DNA of 64,000 nt from an uncultured virus (IMG/VR IMGVR_UViG_3300031851_000011). Its lineage: Duplodnaviria > Heunggongvirae > Uroviricota > Caudoviricetes. The DNA is taken from IMG/VR virus record IMGVR_UViG_3300031851_000011; one strand, written 5' to 3'. Below are positions 38,584-47,852 of this stretch, one piece after another (position 1 is the stretch's first letter; each line of letters starts with the position of its first letter). The notes under the pieces were generated by a model. It did no database searches. It worked only from the letters and a program-made list of their open reading frames with translations, and was not told the origin of the DNA. Position numbers and translations under genes: made by a program.

Positions 38584-39774
38584 CTAGAGCAAGTTACCCT
38601 GTTTTAGTTCTTTTTTTTTATTTTTTAATACCGAAAAATCCACTATAGGAAGTTCATGGTGAACCCACTTATCTTCAAATATAAAAACATCTAACCCATC
38701 AATAGTCCAACCATGCTTTTGCAGAAGTCCTCCATAAAAACTCATCTGAAGAGCATATTTAGTCAGCTTGTTGGCTGGCATATTATTAAACGGAGGTAGC
38801 GGCTTGCTATGAGACTCAATAACTTCAGCGTTGATGTTAACTTTATAATCTTGAATTCTAGCTATTTTTTTCTTGGAGTCTATGACGCAGAGTCGGTCTA
38901 CCAAACCACCCCAGCCCGTAGCAGAGTCTGTGATAAGTGCTTCCGCAACAATCTCTTCCGCGTTATGTTCTTTGTCGAGCTTGTTTGTAATCCTACGCAA
39001 AGATTTGATTGTTTGCTTTAAAAAAGGATGCTTGGGCATAGCGTAGTTTTCGTTATTACCCTTGCCTGATTTCTTGCGAGCATCAGTTATGATTTTACCA
39101 GATTTTTCAAAATTAATATAATGTTCAAGAGCGGCGTGAACAACTGTTCCAAATCCAGCGGCGACCATCCCGTTAGAGTTCCACATTTCTGATATTTCTT
39201 CAGCAGGGACTCCCCAATACCGAGAGCATTGACGAGATATTCTTTCTGCGTCAAATGGTTTAAAAAATCGTTTGATGAATGTAGTTCCTCCCTGAAGCAC
39301 TTTATACTCGCCGTTTTCACAGCGCATATTGTAAATATGCTGAGTATCATTAAAATCAACAATCACATTAGGCTCAGAAAAAGAATGTTTTGTGATAATT
39401 ACATCTGTTGATGGATAGGCTTCTTTTGGTATGTTAAAACACACATCAACACCGATTATCTCAGATCCTTCAGAATGTTCTGAATCAACGACACCATCTT
39501 TCTTATACCAGACTTGCTCTACTTTAGCGGTAACAGAGCTAAAATTTTCATGACACCATGACTGAATGACAAAAGATACCCCCTCTTTTTTTCTAGGAAC
39601 ATAACCCAACTTTAGACCCTTGTATTCTAAACGTATAGCCTTGCTGTCAAAACTATTAGTTGGTTCTGCAATTAGCTCCATTGAAGATCCTTCTTCTATC
39701 TTTTCGTATTTTAAATCGGGGTTGCTTTCCAGAGCAAACGAGATCCCTGCGATACCTACTGTAACTTTAGTCAT
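38584..39774 (-). CDS. HIRAN domain + PD-(D/E)XK nuclease fusion
   Basis: AGISF..EPTNSFDSKAI..LGYVPR; GTVVHAALE, GLVDRL, IQDYK, YALQMSFY. Confidence 0.8.
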   Translation of the reverse strand: MTKVTVGIAGISFALESNPDLKYEKIEEGSSMELIAEPTNSFDSKAIRLEYKGLKLGYVPRKKEGVSFVIQSWCHENFSSVTAKVEQVWYKKDGVVDSEHSEGSEIIGVDVCFNIPKEAYPSTDVIITKHSFSEPNVIVDFNDTQHIYNMRCENGEYKVLQGGTTFIKRFFKPFDAERISRQCSRYWGVPAEEISEMWNSNGMVAAGFGTVVHAALEHYINFEKSGKIITDARKKSGKGNNENYAMPKHPFLKQTIKSLRRITNKLDKEHNAEEIVAEALITDSATGWGGLVDRLCVIDSKKKIARIQDYKVNINAEVIESHSKPLPPFNNMPANKLTKYALQMSFYGGLLQKHGWTIDGLDVFIFEDKWVHHELPIVDFSVLKNKKKELKQGNLL

Positions 39775-40837
39775 AATGAAATTTATATAGTTTTTTGAAC
39801 TTAGCCAAACTCTTGGCAAAAGCTTTATTTCCGCCCTGCCGCTTTTCAGCATACGCATTATGCATATTTTGAGCAATTGATATTACAGCCTCACAAGAGG
39901 ACTTATGGTCATGAGATTCACATCTGGTCTTATATAATTTTATATCCTCCGAACTCATTTCTCCAAAATCATTTTCGTGAGGGGGGACAAAGAAAATCAT
40001 TTCAAAATCTACAGACTCAAGAAGTTTAAAAATAGATTTTACAGCACCTTCAAATCCCGCATTCTTTTCGCTGTCAAAGTCGTTGTTGAAAGAAATGTAA
40101 ATTCTCTCTAACCCAAGTGTTGATAGACGAGAAACAAATTTAGGAGATAGGCTAACACCGAAAGAAACAAGGCTGTTGTGAATCCCCTCTTGATATAAAG
40201 AAAGACAATCACCAATAGATTCTACAATATGAACAGACTTACTTGATTCTATAGCAGATGGAACAGATCTATCAAGATGATAAGGATAAAACCAAGTATT
40301 TTTCTTACCCATATGAATCCATTTTGGGGCATCAAAGTCCACAGCCTTTCGACCAGAAAATCCATGAACCCTGCCATCAGATCTAACGATAGGAAATACA
40401 AACCGACGATACATTTTTCCAGAAGTAGCCAGCCCACTCTTAAATATTTTAAGAGTTTTTTCTGATATCTTTGGATTTATTTTTTGGTATAAATCATATT
40501 GCGGCAAAAGTTTTTGCAAGCAAGTGATTGAATAGCTTTTTTCTTCGTTCAAAAGATGTTTCTTGGGTTGATGAGTTTTATTGATTAAATTCCTCGCGTT
40601 CGTTAAATACTTCTTAACTTCAACAGAATCTTTACAGCCTATAGTTTGTTCTATTAGAGCATCGATGGGCAAATACATTGTGTCTTCAACAAAGTCCTTC
40701 CATACTCCACTATCTTTGTAGATTTGAAGTGCTGTTGGATTGTCTCCCCCTCTATAAAGAGCGTTTGTCTGCCAATAAGCGCCACAGTCTTTGAGTTTGT
40801 ATCCAAGGTTTTGAAGTATTTCTTGTATGTTATGCAT
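39767..40837 (-). CDS. dnaG: DnaG-like DNA primase
   Basis: RFVFPI..GFSGR, PKW, IVESIGD, SFG, FNND TOPRIM. Confidence 0.85.
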   Translation of the reverse strand: MHNIQEILQNLGYKLKDCGAYWQTNALYRGGDNPTALQIYKDSGVWKDFVEDTMYLPIDALIEQTIGCKDSVEVKKYLTNARNLINKTHQPKKHLLNEEKSYSITCLQKLLPQYDLYQKINPKISEKTLKIFKSGLATSGKMYRRFVFPIVRSDGRVHGFSGRKAVDFDAPKWIHMGKKNTWFYPYHLDRSVPSAIESSKSVHIVESIGDCLSLYQEGIHNSLVSFGVSLSPKFVSRLSTLGLERIYISFNNDFDSEKNAGFEGAVKSIFKLLESVDFEMIFFVPPHENDFGEMSSEDIKLYKTRCESHDHKSSCEAVISIAQNMHNAYAEKRQGGNKAFAKSLAKFKKLYKFHYD

Positions 40838-42392
40838 CGCCGCGCAGTATTTCTGGTAGACTTGTGTCCTCTTCTGGAGTGGTAGAGTTTGGTTCAAGAG
40901 ATATACCATTGCGGAAATTAGCTATATCTTGCAGATCTCCACATTCCTCAACCGCGAAGTTGTTAATTTTAAGGTTGATGAAATTACGTTTACTTGTCCC
41001 GTCTGGCATATTTACAGGATTTATGTGACGCAAAGCATCCTTGCCTAAATGTCGAGCCTTCAAAGGAACAAGCTTATGAGTCCCAAATTGTTCTCCATCC
41101 TCAGTGATTTCATCTACAACCTTCTGTCTTAAAAGGAAAAGCCAAGAACAAAAATGAGTAATTGCATCAGACAGAGAGACAACACTTTCGTCATCGACAA
41201 TGCTCTCTACGCCACGGTTGGTTGTTATGCCAAGTCGGTTTGATTGAACAGATGTAAGCATTGACACACAAGGCTCGCCATCAAAACACAGGTCACGATG
41301 AATAGTTTGCTTGAACTTGTGAACCATATAAGCCACTTGCGCCCAACCATCATTTTTACCCATGTTGGCAAAATCTGTCTTGATGTAGTCGAAACTGAAG
41401 ATCATCTCGTTACCTCGACCGATCTTAGAATAATAAATACGCTTGAGTTGAGAACACATTTCGTCAGCATCCATTCCAGCAACATTCACATAATAAAGCT
41501 TCATGCCATGACCTTCTTTGATTTTTTTAAATGTTTCACGAACCTTTCTGACAACATCTTCTGCACTCCAGTTGTTGTAACCAGTAGTTCGCCATTTTCC
41601 AGTCTCAAGAAGCCACATAGGGACACCACTCATTGCAGAACATTGGCGCATAATAAGTTCCTCTTCACTCATTTCCCCATTATCGAAATGAACCACTGGA
41701 ACTCCATGCTCCGCACCTGTTCGGGTGCAATAGTCTAAAGCTAAACTAGTCTTACCTTGACCAGATCTAGCTACAATAACAGTAATGTTACCTGCTCGCA
41801 AAATAGGTCCATAAATTTCATTGATACGCCTATGTGGACCTGTTAAGCCAAATTCTTCTTGAGGGTTGTTTCCGCGCTCCTCAATCATGTCTTCCATGAT
41901 TTCGAAAAGATCAACAACATTAGAGTTACCCGCTTCAAAATTTTGAAGGTCTTTGTTATAGATATTGTCAGCTTTATCAAGAATATCTTGGTAGCCCATT
42001 GTCGGATCTACCTTTTTTACAAATTTGGCTGTTTTAGAACATGAGTCGTAAATTGTTCGGCAGAGCGACTTCTTCTTAAGTTCTGCAACGCAGGTTAGAA
42101 ATACATCTTCTGTTATTTTAAAGTAAGCGAGAGAGTGAATAAATTCACTGATTTCAATATTGTCTGGAAAACTAACGCTTAGACCTTTCATTTTCTCAAT
42201 GAGAATTGTATCGTCAATTGCCTCGCCTTTATTGAGAGATGCTCGGATCAACTTGAATATAGAGATGTTAACTTTAGAGTCTTCACTATAAAAGTCATCA
42301 TCTGTAATAAGTGAGGCGATTTCTTCCCACTTGTGCTGATGCTGTAGTAATCCACTGAGGACTTTCTTTTCTATGTCAAAGGAGTAAATCAT
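40830..42392 (-). CDS. dnaB: replicative DNA helicase
   Basis: EKKVLSGLL, ARSGQGKT, NGEMSEEE, FDYIK, QSNR, KARH. Confidence 0.92.
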   Translation of the reverse strand: MIYSFDIEKKVLSGLLQHQHKWEEIASLITDDDFYSEDSKVNISIFKLIRASLNKGEAIDDTILIEKMKGLSVSFPDNIEISEFIHSLAYFKITEDVFLTCVAELKKKSLCRTIYDSCSKTAKFVKKVDPTMGYQDILDKADNIYNKDLQNFEAGNSNVVDLFEIMEDMIEERGNNPQEEFGLTGPHRRINEIYGPILRAGNITVIVARSGQGKTSLALDYCTRTGAEHGVPVVHFDNGEMSEEELIMRQCSAMSGVPMWLLETGKWRTTGYNNWSAEDVVRKVRETFKKIKEGHGMKLYYVNVAGMDADEMCSQLKRIYYSKIGRGNEMIFSFDYIKTDFANMGKNDGWAQVAYMVHKFKQTIHRDLCFDGEPCVSMLTSVQSNRLGITTNRGVESIVDDESVVSLSDAITHFCSWLFLLRQKVVDEITEDGEQFGTHKLVPLKARHLGKDALRHINPVNMPDGTSKRNFINLKINNFAVEECGDLQDIANFRNGISLEPNSTTPEEDTSLPEILRGDA

Positions 42393-42613
42393 TCTGCTGT
42401 TTGTTCGGAGTATATTTGTATTGTTTTTTCTAAGGCTATTTTTACACACGCATTAGACATTCTGCTTGTCAAGGTCGGTTGACCCTCTTCATTTATATAA
42501 AATAAAAAATAACCTTTGTTCGCCCCATCTTCAGAGCCTGTTGAATCATAAAGTTTGCTTATGATTGAAACTGGTATTTTTAATTCTTGTTCTTCTATTA
42601 TTTCTCCTGTCAT
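42389..42613 (-). CDS. hypothetical protein
   Basis: 74 aa, overlaps both neighbours. Confidence 0.7.
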   Translation of the reverse strand: MTGEIIEEQELKIPVSIISKLYDSTGSEDGANKGYFLFYINEEGQPTLTSRMSNACVKIALEKTIQIYSEQTAE

Positions 42614-43017
42614 ATTGCTCCTAATTCTTTAAGTAATTCTGTAGATATTGAATCACATTGCAAGACCCGAATCATGGTAATGTTGTTTTTTTCACAATAA
42701 ATTTCTTTATCGTTATCCCTGCACAGTTGTTTTAAATAATTTTGCTTAGATTTGCCGTGAAAATGTTTGTTGTATTTATAATGTTGCTCTCCATCAACCT
42801 CAAGAGCAATCTTCCTAGAGGCATTATAAAAATCTATAGTCATTCTAGTGCCAACAACAGGCAGTTCCTCAAAGACCATGTCACAAAACCAATGAGGTTG
42901 TAATAAATCTTTTACGCTCTTCTGTAGCTTGCTTCTGCTACCCAACTCCCAATCAATTTTATATTTATGAGAGCTAGGTAGCTTTTTTTTAGCACCGTAT
43001 GATGTGTAAAAAATCAT
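42610..43017 (-). CDS. Vsr/DUF559-like endonuclease
   Basis: FEELPV, IDFY, IALEVDGEQH, RDNDK. Confidence 0.8.
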   Translation of the reverse strand: MIFYTSYGAKKKLPSSHKYKIDWELGSRSKLQKSVKDLLQPHWFCDMVFEELPVVGTRMTIDFYNASRKIALEVDGEQHYKYNKHFHGKSKQNYLKQLCRDNDKEIYCEKNNITMIRVLQCDSISTELLKELGAI

Positions 43018-44153
43018 GCACTTAAGATATTTTTTTCAACAAACTTGCGTAAATGCAAAGTCAATTTTTCACTATCCTCTAGGATGGTATATATCTTATT
43101 CATTCCTTGAATCTTATCTGGAAATTCAAAGCCGCCCGATTTGATGTATTCGGCAAGCTCTTCTTCAACAGCAAACCAAGATCCACTCTTAGAAAAGAAA
43201 CCCCAAGAAAGAAGCAGGTCTACAATCTCACGTTCAATCCAGACACTCTTTCCTCCATTACGCCCATATTTGATTGGATACTTAATTAAGCGACCCGTTG
43301 TTTCATTGTCAGACTTTCTCACTCTAGCTTTAACATAATGTCCAATACCTTTATTGGTATCACTCATTTGTTGGTCTGGTTTCTCAAGAATTTTATCTTT
43401 TTGGAACTGACGTTCAAATTCAAAAACCCAATTAGGGTAATGGGATAGAGCATGAGCGCCTGAAGCACTGGTAGTGCTGTTCGGATCAAGGCTTTCGTAT
43501 TGACCCTTAATGGTCGAACGGACTTGAGAAATCAAGATGCAAAGATGACCGAACTTGCCCATACCCAAGCTGACACGACGAAGAAAATCGGAAGACAGTA
43601 ACGCTCCTCCAGCGACTTTGTTAGCCTCACTTGTGCTTTTCTTAGCATCATCTTTCGGGATTAAACTATCCATGCTGTCGATAATCATACAAAACCGAGT
43701 TTTATTTGGGTTATTTGACATTATTCCGCGAATGAAATCAAAAACAAAATCGTAAATGTTTGATTGCAGAACAAGGCATGTGCCGTCAACCCATTCTGAT
43801 ACATCGTAAACAAACTTAACTCCAGATCGAGCCTTCATTTTTTTACCAAGTCTACCTTCGGCTTGAATAAATAAACCTCTTGAGTTTTCTTGAGAATCAA
43901 GCATTTCATACATAACCTGCAATGCTTCACTTGTTTTACCGCACTCATTACCACCACAGAAACGAAGTAAACCAGCGAGGAATCCGCCGCCAATTTCTGA
44001 ATCCATAATCATAGAACCACTCGAAATGAAGTCATCCTCTGCGATGGATTCTTCAAAGTTCAAATGGTGTTCTTTATTGCTCTTCATGAATCCACTTGCG
44101 AAATCACGAACATCTGCTTTTGTCTTTTCTTGTTTTTTAGTTTTCACGCTCAT
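43014..44153 (-). CDS. recA: RecA/UvsX-like recombinase
   Basis: ISSGS..D..IGGG, GNECGKT, IIDSMDSL, ISQVR, SGAHAL. Confidence 0.9.
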   Translation of the reverse strand: MSVKTKKQEKTKADVRDFASGFMKSNKEHHLNFEESIAEDDFISSGSMIMDSEIGGGFLAGLLRFCGGNECGKTSEALQVMYEMLDSQENSRGLFIQAEGRLGKKMKARSGVKFVYDVSEWVDGTCLVLQSNIYDFVFDFIRGIMSNNPNKTRFCMIIDSMDSLIPKDDAKKSTSEANKVAGGALLSSDFLRRVSLGMGKFGHLCILISQVRSTIKGQYESLDPNSTTSASGAHALSHYPNWVFEFERQFQKDKILEKPDQQMSDTNKGIGHYVKARVRKSDNETTGRLIKYPIKYGRNGGKSVWIEREIVDLLLSWGFFSKSGSWFAVEEELAEYIKSGGFEFPDKIQGMNKIYTILEDSEKLTLHLRKFVEKNILSA

Positions 44154-44595
44154 TTAAAAATTTTCTAATTGATCTAATTCTAGGCTTTACTATATCTTCT
44201 CCTATTTTATCCGAACCTTCCACAAATATTTCTTTGTTTTCTGGATTGTAATAAAATTCTCTATGCTTTTTGGTTAAATAATCTCTACCCGCTTTGGAGC
44301 GTAGGTAAGTGATGCCGCCAGAAAATTTAAATGGCGGTTTAACCTTTGACAAGAAATCAATATCATTGTCAAACAAAGTAAATATGTTTGTTGCAATGGT
44401 TATATCTAGTCGGAAATTAGTTGATTTTTCTCCACCGAGCATTCGACGAATAAAAGCCAAACGCTCTCTATAGAAAGGGTTAGCTTTTTTTCTGGGTTTG
44501 GCGGCTTTCATAACCTCTCCACAATGCTTGCAGGTTGAGGATCTAGCACCAATCAACTGCTTGCATTTGGGACATTCTTTTTGACCTCTTGGCAT
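44137..44595 (-). CDS. zinc-ribbon protein
   Basis: CPKC..CKHC; TTGACA-N17-CATAAT (44604-44632) 8 nt upstream. Confidence 0.7.
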   Translation of the reverse strand: MPRGQKECPKCKQLIGARSSTCKHCGEVMKAAKPRKKANPFYRERLAFIRRMLGGEKSTNFRLDITIATNIFTLFDNDIDFLSKVKPPFKFSGGITYLRSKAGRDYLTKKHREFYYNPENKEIFVEGSDKIGEDIVKPRIRSIRKFLNEREN

Positions 44596-44685
44596 ACATA
44601 AGTATTATGCGACAAGTTGAAAAATTTGTCAACATGTTTTTGGAAATTTAAAAACCTGTTCTCTGTTAAGAGAGGTTTGTTTACT

Positions 44686-44955
44686 TTATCTCAAAAGTAT
44701 GCCAACAACTCCTGATGCCGCGACAGCAGATCCAATAGCCGTTGTTTTATTAGAAAAGGCTTCGCCCTGTGCCTTGGTTGCAGTTGAATGATCAACAGAT
44801 ATTGCTGTCCATGTTATTGATCCATCAGCGCCTTGTATATACTGAACTTGATCCATATCTGCATTAAATTTAGCAATCAGCTTTCCATCTTGATAAAATT
44901 TAGTGCTTGCACAAGAAACCAAGAAAAACAAAGGAAAAATTAGTATTGTTTTCAT
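44686..44955 (-). CDS. putative lipoprotein
   Basis: MKTILIFPLFFLVSC lipobox; hydrophobic C-terminus. Confidence 0.65.
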   Translation of the reverse strand: MKTILIFPLFFLVSCASTKFYQDGKLIAKFNADMDQVQYIQGADGSITWTAISVDHSTATKAQGEAFSNKTTAIGSAVAASGVVGILLR

Positions 44956-45992
44956 GATAAGTCTTTATTAAGCATTTTTTTGACAAGACCATAAAAGTCT
45001 GTTTTTCTAACCCATTTAAGCTCTTCTTCTGCTCTTGTGGGATCACCTAGCAATAATGAAACTTCTGCTGGTCGATAGTATTTTGGATTGATCGTTACAA
45101 GCACCTTATCTCCGTGAATGTATTTTTGATCCAGACCTTGACCCTCCCAACGACACTCTTCAGCACCGAAACCAGAAAAGCCAAAAGCCGCTTCAACAAA
45201 ATCCCTAATAGAATATGTCTCACCAGAGGCTAGAACGTATTCACTTAAATCTTCATAAGAGTTTGCTTGTTGATTTAACATCTTCCAAATGCCGTCAACG
45301 AAATCTTCAGCGTCCGACCAGTCTCGTTTTGCATCTAGATTACCAAGTTGCAATGGCGTGATTTCTTTGCCTTCCCTGATCTCTTTTATAATGTTAGCCA
45401 CGCCCTTGGTTACTTTGCGAGTAAGAAACTCCTCGCCCCTCCTTGTTCCCTCGTGATTGAATAACCATCCTTGGATGGCGTATAAATTGTAACTTTCACG
45501 CCACACCTTTACCAGATGCCTTGCGGAAGCCTTAGAAGCTCCGTATGGGCTTCTTGGTCGCAGAGGGTGAGTCTCGTCTTGCGGAGAGAATTCAACGTCT
45601 CCAAACTCCTCGGACGAGCCAGCATTATAATACCTGCACTCTGGACAGTGCTTGCGAATAGCCTCAAGCTGATACAGGACTGCCATGCAGTTTGTATTCA
45701 TGTGGTTTTCTGGCATGTCCCAGCTAACACCAACAAAAGAGTTTGCCGCAAAGTTGATAAAGTAGTCGGGTTTTTCATCCGAGATAACACGATCAACATT
45801 GGATTGATCTGTAATGTCTAGATCAATCAGTTTGAAGCGGTTGTTATTAACCAAGTGTTTTATATTCTCATGGTTTTTAACTGAGAGTCGGCGGACACCA
45901 GCGATAATATCGATGTCCGTATTTGCTAACAAATAGTCAACCATATGGCTTCCATCTTGACCTGTTACCCCTGTGATTATTACTTTTTTCAT
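44952..45992 (-). CDS. gmd: GDP-mannose 4,6-dehydratase
   Basis: ITGVTGQDGS, SSEEFG, PRSPYGASK, LFNHE, GNLDAKRDW, YRPAEV. Confidence 0.93.
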   Translation of the reverse strand: MKKVIITGVTGQDGSHMVDYLLANTDIDIIAGVRRLSVKNHENIKHLVNNNRFKLIDLDITDQSNVDRVISDEKPDYFINFAANSFVGVSWDMPENHMNTNCMAVLYQLEAIRKHCPECRYYNAGSSEEFGDVEFSPQDETHPLRPRSPYGASKASARHLVKVWRESYNLYAIQGWLFNHEGTRRGEEFLTRKVTKGVANIIKEIREGKEITPLQLGNLDAKRDWSDAEDFVDGIWKMLNQQANSYEDLSEYVLASGETYSIRDFVEAAFGFSGFGAEECRWEGQGLDQKYIHGDKVLVTINPKYYRPAEVSLLLGDPTRAEEELKWVRKTDFYGLVKKMLNKDLS

Positions 45993-46900
45993 TATCCCTT
46001 GTTTTTAATATCATACAAACCAGAACGAATAAATTCAAGTAAAGATTTAATTATGCGAATTTCTGTTTCTTGATTGTTGAAGTTTTCTGAAATAAACTTA
46101 GCACCGTTTTTTGCAATAGATTCGCATTCTTCGTCGTTTTCGCGACACCAATCTAAAACAATATTAAGATCAGAGAAGTCTGGTTGAACCTCTATATAGT
46201 GAACCCCGCTTTCTAGGAAATCTTCGCAAAGCCAAGAGTGAAACCTAGGCTTGGGCATTATGGGAACAGAATTAGAGGCTAGTATCCAATTAAGAGAAGA
46301 GGACTTATCGTTGCCGTCAAGAATTGGCAAAAACTTTCTCTTTAAAAAGTCCTGCCTTGTGCAAAATCCCTTTAGCCATTCTTTTTTATAAAGGTATGGT
46401 GCAGACTTGTAGTTTTGAGAATAGTCGGAAAATGCAACATCGTGTTCTGAAAAGTATTTGGACACAAAACCGATGCGGTCATTGCAATGAATATCGTGTC
46501 CTGTGTCCGCGCCCCTCCAGAAAACTTCGTTTTTTTTATCATTCCATTCAATGTCTTGAGAAAGATCTAAATTCCAGTGTCTACCGCTATTTAAGTTGGC
46601 AATAACTCCCTTACTTAATTTATTGAAAGTGTCGCGAGTTTTAACTAGAACAGGGTAGTTGACTCCAGTATAAGGCTTGTCTCCACAGCAAAACCAAAGC
46701 TTTTCTAAGTTGTTTAGACTGACGTATTTTATTATGTCAGGGTCATAGTGCGCTCTAGACAGACATTGCTTATTTCGAGCGTCAACACAAAATGGATGGT
46801 CAAACAATTCGTGAGGAGAGAAGTCAAAAGGTTCTTCTTTGAAGTTTAAATTTTCATATCCTAGGTAGTAGGATATCCTCTGTTCGTCCGATAAAATCAT
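45992..46900 (-). CDS. GT90 (CAP10/LpsA-like) glycosyltransferase
   Basis: W..KK..VFWRGA.TG, LDGND.SS.L.W...SNS, GVHYIEV..DFSDL, IAKNG. Confidence 0.85.
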   Translation of the reverse strand: MILSDEQRISYYLGYENLNFKEEPFDFSPHELFDHPFCVDARNKQCLSRAHYDPDIIKYVSLNNLEKLWFCCGDKPYTGVNYPVLVKTRDTFNKLSKGVIANLNSGRHWNLDLSQDIEWNDKKNEVFWRGADTGHDIHCNDRIGFVSKYFSEHDVAFSDYSQNYKSAPYLYKKEWLKGFCTRQDFLKRKFLPILDGNDKSSSLNWILASNSVPIMPKPRFHSWLCEDFLESGVHYIEVQPDFSDLNIVLDWCRENDEECESIAKNGAKFISENFNNQETEIRIIKSLLEFIRSGLYDIKNKG

Positions 46901-47760
46901 CCTACTGGCACTAAGTTATTAAAATCAAAATCATCATCAATATCCTTATCTCCAACTTTGTAGAATCGGTAAACATCATTTAGATATTTCTCTTCGCGTA
47001 TACATTGTTTGACGGCATCTGTCAAATCACCAGTAATGATGTGATTTTTTACAGCTTCAAAATCTTGAATATCTAATTCTATCTTAGCCAACTCATCAAA
47101 AAACTTTTTTCTGATAGCATATCGTCTATTGATAAAATCGCGGTCATGTTCACACTTTAAGATAAGGTGGTTAGTGTTGGGGAATAAATAATATTTTAAA
47201 TTGTGGTCAACAAATTCATGTTTGTCGCGGTGAAGGTGGCGCACATTTTGCCAATACTCGTCTTTCCAAAAAGGAAGTGAAGATATTTCAAGGCTGTTGG
47301 TAATACCAGAAACCCCACTATGAGGGTTGTGAACGTAAGCTGTGCGCTCGTTGAATTTAAAAAGGAAATGTTTGTTGCGGCAAAATACTCCATCAATAAG
47401 ATTTTCATCGAAGCGTTTAACAAGATCAGGTAGTTGTTCGGCAAAATCCAAATGCATACGCTCTAGAGTGTCAATTGTCATAAACCAGTCACCATATTTT
47501 ATTGGACCGTGATAAAGACCAATATTTCGGCTGAAGTCTGTTCGATTGCACCAAGGGACACATATTAACTCATTGTCTTCACAGTTCTCAGATAGGTATT
47601 GATATCCTTCGTCTTCCAAGTCTTTGTTCTTAGACTGTTCAAAGGGATCGGTGTGATAAACCCATACCATCCCATCAAAGTATTTCTTGATAGGCTCAAT
47701 AAGTTCCTTTAAGTGATTACCGTTGCCAGCGTTAGTCATTCCTGTTAGCCAAAGTTTCAT
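46897..47760 (-). CDS. putative GT2-like glycosyltransferase
   Basis: DFSRN, DWFMTIDTLE, NPH; in operon with GT90 and gmd. Confidence 0.55.
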   Translation of the reverse strand: MKLWLTGMTNAGNGNHLKELIEPIKKYFDGMVWVYHTDPFEQSKNKDLEDEGYQYLSENCEDNELICVPWCNRTDFSRNIGLYHGPIKYGDWFMTIDTLERMHLDFAEQLPDLVKRFDENLIDGVFCRNKHFLFKFNERTAYVHNPHSGVSGITNSLEISSLPFWKDEYWQNVRHLHRDKHEFVDHNLKYYLFPNTNHLILKCEHDRDFINRRYAIRKKFFDELAKIELDIQDFEAVKNHIITGDLTDAVKQCIREEKYLNDVYRFYKVGDKDIDDDFDFNNLVPVG

Positions 47761-47852
47761 CCTATATGTTGTACTTAAATTTTTTGTGGATCGTAAAAAG
47801 AAAATGGAGTTGTCTAATTTTTAAGTAAGATAATTACTTCTCACTTAATTAA

